Position numbers and translations under genes: made by a program. A DNA stretch of 63,232 nt, the filler included, from Octopus bimaculoides (Eukaryota), in NCBI RefSeq assembly GCF_001194135.2. It is 5 parts of 4 records of this genome, joined end to end, with 100 filler letters (N's around TTAATTAATTAA, not from the genome) between each part and the next. Parts side by side here need not be neighbours in the genome. Positions count along the whole stretch, not along the records: positions 34,916 to 40,540 come from NW_026411497.1; positions 40,641 to 59,294 come from NC_068990.1; 3 more parts are not named here. One strand, written 5' to 3'. Positions 39,331 to 50,098 of this stretch are shown piece after piece; the first letter of the stretch is position 1; every line of letters starts with the position of its first letter. The notes under the pieces were generated by a model. The model searched no databases. It had not been told where the DNA came from and saw nothing but the letters and a program-made list of their open reading frames with translations.

Positions 39331-40497
39331 NATACCATCCCCTCCCCTACCCTGGGTCTTATCAACCTTATAGCGCATAAAGATTGTGTAGTGTATGCAG
39401 GTTGTAGGTTTTGTTTTGTTTATGAATTCTGCCAAAATGCAAGCTTTCTTTTCAGGTACACGACACTGCTTTCCCCCATCCCAGGGTCACACAGGCCCAC
39501 ACCTCCCACACCGTCAGAATTGGCACTCTCAACGTCGGCACACTGAAAGGTAGGTCTGGTGAGATTGTTGAGATGCTTTGTGCTGCATCCAAGAAGATGG
39601 AGAGGAGGTTCCGCAAGGTTCCTCACAGGCAAAGAACACAGGTACAAGATTTTCTGGACAGGGAACACTGACGGGGTCGGGGGCATGGGAATACTTCTAG
39701 CCGAGATTTAGAGACATATTACTCAAAGCATTTGATGAAATAGAAGAGGATATAGCACCATACAATGTGGAAGACAATTGGAAGTTTCTACGGGACAACC
39801 TGCTGAGAGCCACTGACCAGATCTGTGGCTGGTGTAAAGTCCCCTCTTGACCCAAAGTAACGTGGTGGTGGAACAATGTGGTTGACAGGGCTATTAGACA
39901 AAAAAAACAGGCTTGGAAAGACTGGAAGAACGGAGGTAGCAGGGAATTGTATCAGACTGCCAGAAGGGAAGCTAGGAGACAGGTTTACTTAGCCAGAGGG
40001 GAAGCAGATAAGAAAAAATTTGACAATGTTCTGCACCGTGAGGACCAAAGACTTGAAGTATTTCGTGTTGCAAGACAGTGTATGAGAGAGAATTGTGATG
40101 TCATGGGAGAGAATTGTGATGTCATGGGAGAGAATTGTGATGTCATGGGAGAGAAATGTGTTCGCATGGATGATGGTACACTTGCACTAAACGAGGCTGC
40201 AAAGATAGAAGTTTGGAGATGCCATTACGAAAGATTGCTCAATAAAGAGAATGAATGGGAGAAAGAGAGTCTGCTGAATGTCAACCCAACAGAGAGACCA
40301 GCTATCCGAGTTGACAGTACCATGGTAGATAAAGCAATTAAGAGTATGAAGACAGGGAAGGCCCCCGGCCCATCAGGAATCACTGCAGAGATGCTCAAAA
40401 TATCTGGCAGTGTTGGCTATAGCCTAGTCACCCATATTCTTAACCAGGTGTGGTTGGCGTTAGGAAGGGCATCCAGCTGTAGAAACTCTGCCAAATA
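39331..40497 (+). mobile_element. Internally deleted copy of the same RTE family (5' UTR, EN start, linker/early RT, 3' UTR)
   Basis: Collinear blocks with about 23015-23430, about 24030-24503 and beyond, then about 26855-26900. Confidence 0.85.
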
Positions 40498-40584
40498 TAT
40501 GTATACTATATGTATAAATATATATATATAAATATATATANNNNNNNNNNNNNNNNNNNNNNNNNNNNNNNNNNNNNNNNNNNN

Positions 40585-40596
40585 TTAATTAATTAA
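40585..40596. other. Artificial TTAATTAATTAA linker in 100-bp gap
   Basis: 44 N on each side. Confidence 0.9.
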
Positions 40597-40735
40597 NNNN
40601 NNNNNNNNNNNNNNNNNNNNNNNNNNNNNNNNNNNNNNNNTATATATATATATGTATATACATGCATACACACACACACACACACACACACACATAAACA
40701 CACACACACACACATATATATACACATGCATACAT

Positions 40736-40773
<38 letters not shown>

Positions 40774-40932
40774 GTATATATGTATGCATGTATATACATA
40801 TATGCGTGTGTGCGTAGGTATATGTTTACCTATATTTTTATACATTTATATACCTATATTTTAAAACACATCCATACATATAAATACACACATAAATATC
40901 TCTCTCTCTCTCTCTCTCTCTCNNNNNNNNNN

Positions 40933-40974
<42 letters not shown>

Positions 40975-41237
40975 AACACATGCATGTACATATATATACA
41001 TGCGTGTGTGCGTATATTTATAGATATATATATGTGTGTGTTTGTGTATATGTATATATATATGCATACATATATATCATGTATGCTTATATGTGAATAT
41101 ATTCATTTTTGTTTGCTCTTAACTCCTTTCTTTAACGTTTATTTTGAAGTTTCCTTTTTCTATATTTTTTTAGTTTCGAGCTTTTCCTTTCGTTTTATCA
41201 TCCACAACACTAACAAAGTAGGAAATCCTTTGAAAAA

Positions 41238-41241
41238 ATGA

Positions 41242-41292
<51 letters not shown>

Positions 41293-41531
41293 TAATAGCA
41301 ACAACCATAGCAATAATAATAATAATAATAGTGATAACAATAATTGTAATAACTCTAACAGTAATAAATAAAATATTACCAATAATATTGGCAATGATGA
41401 TGTGGCATATTCGTAAGAATGTTGATGTTGATAATGATGATGGTGATGATTATGATAATAATAATAATAACAACAACAACAAAACCAGCAACAATAACAA
41501 CGATTTTACTATAGGTACAGACCGTGAAATT

Positions 41532-41581
<50 letters not shown>

Positions 41582-42066
41582 GAGCTAGTGGATTACATCC
41601 ACCGCAGTACTTGACTGGTACTTGTTTTAAACCCCACCAAAAGGTTAAAAGGCCAAGTCGACCCCACGAGAACTTGAGCTCAAAACGTAAAGACAGACGT
41701 GCTAACAACAACAACAACAACTACAAAGAAATAATAATAATGATATACGTATATCGTATCGGACCCTGCTGATAGTAATAAAGTTGATGATGATGATGTT
41801 GAGGATGATGATGATGATGATGATGGTGATGATTGGTGATCATGAACATGATTGATATTAACGATATCGATACTTTTTATTATTTATTATTTGAATGTAT
41901 TTCCTTCTCCTCTCTATGTACCATTCTTACATTTTTCTTAATATAATAACGAGGACAACATCAGTGACAGTAATAGCAATATTTATAGTATCTGTCATGG
42001 GAAAGAAGCTCACACGAGTCAAATTATGAAACGATAATAATAATAATAATAATAATGATAATAATG

Positions 42067-42111
<45 letters not shown>

Positions 42112-42123
42112 GTGATGATGATG

Positions 42124-42171
<48 letters not shown>

Positions 42172-42353
42172 GTGATGATGATCATAATGATTATGATAAT
42201 ATCAGTGATAATATAATAATACTAACAATAATACTAAGAAGAATAATGACTGTAAGAATAAGGACGTCCCCAATAACATTAATAATGATGATAAAGATGA
42301 CGATGACAACGATGACGACGACGACAACCACGATGACGTTGATGGTGTTGTTG

Positions 42354-42385
<32 letters not shown>

Positions 42386-42560
42386 GATGGCGATGATGAT
42401 TATGAGATGATGATGGCAAGGATGATAATTTTGATGATGATAATGACGATGATGACAATGATGAATGTGGTGGTGGTGGTGGTGAGATGATGATGATGAT
42501 GATGACGGCCATGACCAAATTTTTGATTATGACGATGATGATGATGATAATGATGATGAT
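41238..42560. repeat. Compound microsatellite region ((ATT)n, (AAT)n, (GAT)n, (GTT)n, (GGT)n, (GA)n) containing a partial minus-strand SINE D at about 41590-41700
   Basis: Read directly; source of the homopolymeric ORFs here. Confidence 0.9.
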
Positions 42561-43103
42561 GATAATGATTTATTACATTGGTACAAGGCCACAGATCTGT
42601 AAGCACCGAAAGAAAATCGATTGAATCAATTGCAAGATGTAGCTGACTGCTACTTATTGTGTATCGATCACATTGAGATAAAAAGATTTAGAACAACGAC
42701 AGTGGAATCTAAATACTGTAAAGAATTTACTCCCAGTTTTGATTTAACGGCACGAAAATCAAAGAAACGTGATTGACAAAGGAAAGAAATGAAACAGAGA
42801 TTGCAAAATTACTATTACGTAATATATGCATTTATACATATATGTCTGTGTATATATATGTAGTGTATATGTATATATGTATATGCATGTATGAATGTAT
42901 GTATGTATGTATGTGTGTATAGGTGTGAATACACATACACGACACTCACACACAGACACACACACGCATATAGACGTAACTAAGGTGACTAAGAGTACTA
43001 GTCAGACGTCTATACTTGTGCCTTTTGGTTGTAATTTGCGAAAAAGCCACCATAATTATTTATAGATATACACACATATATAAATACATACATACATACA
43101 TGC

Positions 43104-43134
<31 letters not shown>

Positions 43135-43711
43135 CATATATATNNNNNNNNNNNNNNNNNNNNNNNNNNNNNNNNNNNNNNNNNNNNNNNNNNNNNNNNN
43201 NNNNNNNNNNNNNNNNNNNNNNNNNNNNNNNNNNNNNNNNNNNNNNNNNNNNNNNNNNNNNNNNNNNNNNNNNNNNNNNNNNNNNNNNNNNNNNNNNNNN
43301 NNNNNNNNNNNNNNNNNNNNNNNNNNNNNNNNNNNNNNNNNNNNNNNNNNNNNNNNNNNNNNNNNNNNNNNNNNNNNNNNNNNNNNNNNNNNNNNNNNNN
43401 NNNNNNNNNNNNNNNNNNNNNNNNNNNNNNNNNNNNNNNNNNNNNNNNNNNNNNNNNNNNNNNNNNNNNNNNNNNNNNNNNNNNNNNNNNNNNNNNNNNN
43501 NNNNNNNNNNNNNNNNNNNNNNNNNNNNNNNNNNNNNNNNNNNNNNNNNNNNNNNNNNNNNNNNNNNNNNNNNNNNNNNNNNNNNNNNNNNNNNNNNNNN
43601 NNNNNNNNNNNNNNNNNNNNNNNNNNNNNNNNNNNNNNNNNNNNNNNNNNNNNNNNNNNNNNNNNNNNNNNNNNNNNNNNNNNNNNNNNNNNNNNNNNNN
43701 NNNNNNNNNNN

Positions 43712-43775
<64 letters not shown>

Positions 43776-43788
43776 TCTCAACCTCACA

Positions 43789-44708
43789 TACGAAGGTGGG
43801 TGAAAATTCATTGGCTGACAATGGAGGAGTGATGTTACAGCTGTGAAATCTTGCATGTATTAATTTCAACCCTTATTGATAACTGCATTGTTTCACCTCA
43901 GGTGATTGATTATAAATCAAATACCCAGTGCTATTAGTAAATTCCGTGAGGGAGTTGTGAATATTCTGCACAATAAACGTGGCATGCCGAATGATTCTGC
44001 TTCGTAGGTGCAACGTCTTCTGGCTCCTGATCAAAAATGCACCAAACAGATCATATCACGGGAAAATCTGACATTGTTTTAGAATGATACCGCTGGTTTC
44101 CTTGAACGTATCCTAACTCAGGATGAGTGTTGGCTTCATCACTTTGAGACAAAGACAAAGAGAGAAATCATGCGGTGGAAACACCCCTCGTGACCTTCTC
44201 CAAAGAAGGCTAAAGTGGTTTCATCTACTGAAAAAATGATGAGCCTGTTTTTTTTTGTGTGATACAAAAGACATTGTGCTTATTGACTATCTGCAAAAGG
44301 GCCACGCCGTCAATGGAAAGTACTATGCCAACTTGCTGAGGTAATTATGAAAGGCTATTAAGAAAATACACTGAGGAAAACTGCTTCAACACAACAATGC
44401 TCCAGCACACTGGTTGATCATCCTCCCTAGACTTCTGATTTGGCTCCATCTGACTATCATCTGTTCTCTTACGTGTAAAGGCACTTGACTGGCAAGCATT
44501 ATCGGAATGATGGTGACGTCTTATCTGCTGTTGATGACTTTTTTAATAACAGGATGAAAGCTTCTTCACCAATAGGATTCAAAGACAGTATCACAAATAG
44601 AAAAAGTGTGTGGACCATAAAGGAGACTATGTTAAAAAGTAAACCTCATATGGTCAGATTTTATGAGGTTATTTTGGTCAACCTATGAACTTTTCAGCCG
44701 ACTCTCAT
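43789..44708 (+). mobile_element. Mariner DNA transposon, internally deleted and decayed, both TIRs recognisable
   Basis: Motifs ILTQDECWLHHF, LQHNNAPAH and SDLAPSDYHLF. Left end ACGAAGGTGGGTGAAAATTCATTGGCTGAC versus reverse complement of the right end ATGAGAGTCGGCTGAAAAGTTCATAGGTTGAC. Confidence 0.8.
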
Positions 44709-44769
44709 CTGAGCACGTTTTTAAATGCAACTCTGATGAAATTCCACTTCAATGTAACCGACTGTAAAT

Positions 44770-44982
44770 ATTGGCTTCAAATTTTGATACAAGACCAGAA
44801 ATTTCGATGGAGCGGGTAGGTTGATTACATCGACCCCAGTATTCTTGGTACTAATTTGTTTACCCCGAAAGGATAAAAGGCAAAGTCGACATCGGTGGAA
44901 CTTGAACTCAGAATGTAAAGACGGACGAAATACCGCTAAGGGTTTCGCCTGATGTACAAGGGATTTTGCCAACTCGCTGCCT
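44770..44982 (-). mobile_element. SINE family D (alternative tail), CpG-intact
   Basis: Reverse complement of the D core, with the tail type seen at 18755-19200. Confidence 0.75.
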
Positions 44983-45424
44983 GAATCGACCTCCAGTATT
45001 GCGTAACATTTTACTAAATTATTTAGGTGCGATAACGTTTAAATTGGATTAGAAGCAGTTATACGAGTTATAACGATATGCTTAACTTGTTCTTCGAGTT
45101 CTTATTCCAGCAATACACATGCACGCTCACGTACACACATATATTTACATATAATATATACATATATGCATAGACACACGCACTCACACACTCACACTCA
45201 CGCACACACACACACATTACACACACATAGATAGAGACACATATATATATAGATATAAATATTAGGAACTTGTGCCTCAATCGTAACTTCTTTTTTGTAC
45301 TTTTTGGAATTTTTTCCCGACTTTCTTTTTCTGTTTATGGAAAATAAGGATTCTGAAAAAAATCTTGCACAAATTCAATTTTTTAAAAGATTTGCTTCAC
45401 AAATTAACCCTCTTTCTCTACTCG

Positions 45425-45530
45425 AAACCCTAGCCCAAATGTCTAAGCCCTAACTCTAAACGCCGATTTTAAAGCCTAATCCTAAACACTAACGGTTACA
45501 CGTAAATCTAATCCTAAGCTCTAAACCGAA
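45425..45530 (+). repeat. Degenerate (CCCTAA)-like array
   Basis: AAACCCTAGCCC...AAGCCCTAACTCTAAAC...GCCTAATCCTAAACACTAAC...CTAATCCTAAGCTCTAAACC. Confidence 0.5.
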
Positions 45531-45542
45531 GCTCTTATAAAT

Positions 45543-45850
45543 ATCCATCCATCCATCCATCCATCCATCCGTTCATCTATTTTCTCTTCCCAGTATGTCT
45601 GAACGGGCCGTGCGGATAGAATCCTCAGGCACCTCCTCAGTATGTTCCTAACAAAAACAACCGTAATTTTCCGACGGGATTGCCAAGCGTGATCAACTGG
45701 AAATATAGATATTATCGAGCAATCTCGTTCTTGGTCTACCTTAGGTCTTCTGCCAGTTAGCAGAACCTGAAACATCTGTCTCGCAATCCTTTTCTGCGAC
45801 GTTATAATTGCATGTACGTAGTAGACCAGCTTTGACATCTCAGTAGCGTT
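45543..45850 (-). mobile_element. 3' fragment of a second RTE lineage (Rex3/Expander-like) with (GGAT)n tail
   Basis: Minus-strand RIARQMFQVLLTGRRPK...RNILRRCLRILSARP, followed by GAAGAGAAAATAGATGAA and (GGAT)n at 45543-45570. Confidence 0.55.
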
Positions 45851-46177
45851 ATTCCAGAGACGATTCGAAAAATCTCATTCCAGCCGCTTGCATTGAAGAT
45901 AGCGATTTTTTAAAAATTTATTTTTACCAGCCTCTGCTCTTCTAAGGATCTAATGCTGGAACTGGTCCATTGGCACAAAAATATAAAGATACATAACTGT
46001 CATAATTTCCAAGCATGAATGTTGAATATTTTGATCAAAGAAACTACCGAGCTTATTGAAGTGGCGGAATATTCCACAGTCAGATGTATGTATACATACA
46101 TACATACATACATACATACATACATAAATACATATTACCTACACACACACAGACACACAAACACACACACACACGCA

Positions 46178-46229
<52 letters not shown>

Positions 46230-46463
46230 TAGATATATGTATGTGTTTATATCTGTATGTGTATAAATATATATCAACATATACAAACGTACATACATAC
46301 AACGTACAAACGTACAGCAGATACAAACGTACATACATGTACATACATGTACAAGCATATATGTACACAGTTGCGCACACGAGTTTGTGGTTTTGGATAC
46401 GTTTATAAGTATACATTATAACTTTGCATATCTATATCTACACACGCGCGTATATATACATAC

Positions 46464-46497
<34 letters not shown>

Positions 46498-46759
46498 ATA
46501 TNNNNNNNNNNNNNNNNNNNNNNNNNNNNNNNNNNNNNNNNNNNNNATATATATATGAATCTATATCTATATCTCTATATCAATCTATCTATATATATAC
46601 ATATGGAGATATAGATATACAAATTTGTATATGTGTGCGTGCGTGTTCGCGCGACTGTATTATAAATATTATATATATATATATATATCAACACATACAA
46701 ATGTACATACATACAATGTACAAACGTACATACATGTACATACGTGTACAAGCATACAC

Positions 46760-46883
46760 GGATGCCAACTCTGTGCAAGACATTGTAGATCTTTGGCTGG
46801 GCTAAAAAGTCACATTCGATCACAGCACCATGAAGTTAAGCTTCGTGCAGTGGCCATACTCGATAACGAGGGGGAAGCCATCA
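46760..46883 (+). mobile_element. Isolated C2H2-type finger, probably the C-terminus/3' end of a LINE ORF2
   Basis: CQLCARHCRSLAGLKSHIRSQH has C-x2-C-x12-H-x4-H spacing; flanked by microsatellites with no clear splice signals. Confidence 0.45.
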
Positions 46884-47444
46884 TATATATATATACATAT
46901 ATGTTCATGTCTATATATTATAATATATATTAATTGCATAGAAATAATATCCTATCAAGATTGCAAGTTGGTTTCCCTCAAATATGTATTTTTATCAGTC
47001 ATTGTTTCCCAATCATCTGATTGATCACTCATGTGAAAGAACGTGTTTCCGTGATGTCTTTTAAGGTGGTGTCGTTGTTTGGTTATGACGAATCTATTGT
47101 ACTTCACATTTAGTCTCATTTAGTTTACGATTCCGAGTTGGCAGCAGAGTTTAAAGCTCGGCCGAATCAAAACGAAGTTTCATGAAAAAAGCTTTTAACG
47201 TCAAGTAACTGATATTCTCTAAATATTTATTGATTTCATTGCAGCTAAAATAGTGCAAAGTGTATTGCCTGCTCCATTTGTTTTATTATTGAGTCAATCT
47301 CTGAATAAATGTTGGTAGATCATCTACATACTTTTGATGCTATCAATATATCAGTCTCTCTCTCTCTCTCACACACACTCACTTTCTCCCCCTCTCTCTC
47401 TACACACGTGCACATACACATGCGCGCACACACATATACACACG

Positions 47445-47503
<59 letters not shown>

Positions 47504-47536
47504 ATATATAATTCTCTTTTGGGTCATGCGGCACAT

Positions 47537-48726
47537 ATACCAGATTAAGTCAGAGGTTGTTGTTGGATTTTCACCGATGATTTTTGGCAAATTCTATCTG
47601 CACATTATATCATTAATTTGATGCAACTACTTGTCCAATCGTACTGAATTGTTTATTCTTTATTTTACAGCTTGCATAATGAGTATTGAAAAATTGCAAT
47701 TAGAGCGATTTAGTGCTACCTGTGAATAAAAAAAGATTGAGTGCAATGGCAGCGGGCAAAAGAAATTAATAACGTGGAAGGCACAGGAACTGTCAACAAA
47801 TGTGTGACACAAATATGGTTCAGATGAATCGAGTCAAAACCAAGGTGGAAAATGCTAGAATTCGTTGAATAACAGCCAAGCTCAAACACTCGTAAATTGT
47901 CGGCAAAACTTGACCCTTCAGAAAGAACCATCAGTCGACATGTACATAATCTGGGCCTTGTGAATAGACGCTGTCGAGAATAGACGCATGAACAAAACAA
48001 CGACCAGTGTCTACGACGTGTGAATATCTGCAAACGATTGTTGGTAATTCCTCTAGTTGCCTGTTTTTTTTGGCGTTGAATTGAAGCAAGGGATGAAAAA
48101 TGAATCTCTATTTTCGTAATCTCAATAAGAGAAATCGGTGGCTTCGTTCCAGCCAGGCATCAAAACCCGTTGTCAAACAAGGGCAGTAGAAACTGAAGAT
48201 CATTTTGTGTGTTTGGTGAAATTTCGAGCGGTCGTTGCACTTTGAGCGTTTCCCAGATGGTCATACTGTGAATGCTAACCTTTCTACTTAACGGCTGGAG
48301 CGACTATATGATGCTTTGAAAACCTGCAACCGGGATTGGTCAGTGGAAGACGCGCACTCCTACAACATGACAATGTGACAGTTCTCTCTGCGAATGTTAC
48401 CAAGCGCAACCTTGAACTCGAGGAACTGGAAATGCTACCTCAGCTTACCTACGATCCAGATTTTGCACCAGCAGATTATCACATTTTACGAACCATGGCT
48501 CATTTCCTGCATGACGAAGGTTCAACAATGTGGATGTGGTTGAAAACGGATGCAGGTATATATTTGCATGCAAACCAGCCAAATGCTATAAGCTTGACAC
48601 ACCAACGGCAACAGACAATAAAATATGAAGCGACATATTTTGAAAAACAATCGCTTTTCGTATGTAATTTTGTTTGAAATATTAATTAAAGCTAGAAATA
48701 TAATAAAACTTTTGACACACACCGGT
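47537..48726 (+). mobile_element. Second mariner, near full-length but decayed transposase (D,D34D)
   Basis: N-terminal KEINNVEGTGTVN...WF, an RDEK* first-Asp region, and LLQHDN...PDFAPADYHI with 34 residues between the last two Asp. Ends are uncertain. Confidence 0.75.
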
Positions 48727-49912
48727 AAAACTATATAGATCTCACGACGTCAAATGTATATGTATATGTGTGCCTTTGTGTGTGTGTGAGTTTGTGTATA
48801 TGCATGTATNNNNNNNNNNNNNNNNNNNNNNNNNNNNNNNNNNNNNNNNNNNNNNNNNNNNNNNNNNNNNNNNNNNNNNNNNNNNNNNNNNTATATATAT
48901 ATATATATATATGTACATATATATACATGTATATACACATATACACATGGATACACACACAGATAGACACACACACACACACACACACACACTGACATGT
49001 ACACGCTTGCGCGCACACATGTGTAATATACTGTGTTTTGATTTTCTTTAAATTTCCTTTGTTGAATTGCATTTCATTTCCAAAAAGATCTTACTGGAAA
49101 TTTTGGCGAATTACCGAAAGCAGTCTTAGATCTTGATACTAGAACATCTTCCGTTGTCTTTGGTGTGAATACTTTTTAGATAAAGGCATTATAAACTGAT
49201 TTAATTACAAGATAAAAGTAGCCTGGTTATTCATTATTCTATCGTGTCAAACCCCGTAAAAACTTTATTACTGCTCTGTTCTGGGTGTGTTCATCTATAA
49301 TTTATTTTTTAGCGCATTGCAGATCACTCGCTCTTCTATAAATAGTAATCAAATCACCCGTAGATAGTATAGTTCTCAATGAACTTTGATTGCGAAAAAG
49401 AGGGGAAGGTATGATCACAGCAACAATTATTATCGATCATAGATCAGCTGGTGAGGACTGCTTTAGAGCTAGATATCAAAAAGTTCCGATAAACTTAAAT
49501 ATTTTCTATTGGCTAGACCTCCCAAGATATTTTGTAAAGGGGTAGAAATATTCCACAACATCAAAGAGCGTGTATATCTATAGCACAGACCCGCTGCATC
49601 CATGTCTTTTCATGTTAGTTTGATTGAAGACTATCAGTAATACAGCAAGATCAAACAAATCGATTATATATGAGTGTATCTTCCGCTATGACAAAGTGAC
49701 ATGGCGTCTAGTTCAGAAAAAAAAAGATAAGACATTAACTGTCACACAATATAAAATCATTGCATCACTAATAAGTTGGCTAAAAAAATTTCATCTCTTT
49801 TGTAAGCGGTCACAGTTAGTGCGTAAGACATGAAATGCGAAAAAAACTCACTGTTCATCTGTTATGAACTCTAGAAGAAGGAAAGGGAAAGTATTATCCA
49901 GCTCAGTGTGTA

Positions 49913-49980
<68 letters not shown>

Positions 49981-50022
49981 AGAAAGAAAGAGAGAGAGAG
50001 AGAGGGGGGAGAGAAAGTGAGT

Positions 50023-50054
<32 letters not shown>

Positions 50055-50061
50055 AGTGAGT

Positions 50062-50098
<37 letters not shown>

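Noticed and set aside
46270-46760. About 75-bp direct repeat (46270-46360 versus 46683-46760)
   Set aside because: Low-complexity (ATAC/GTAC) sequence spanning a gap; may be slippage or an assembly artefact.
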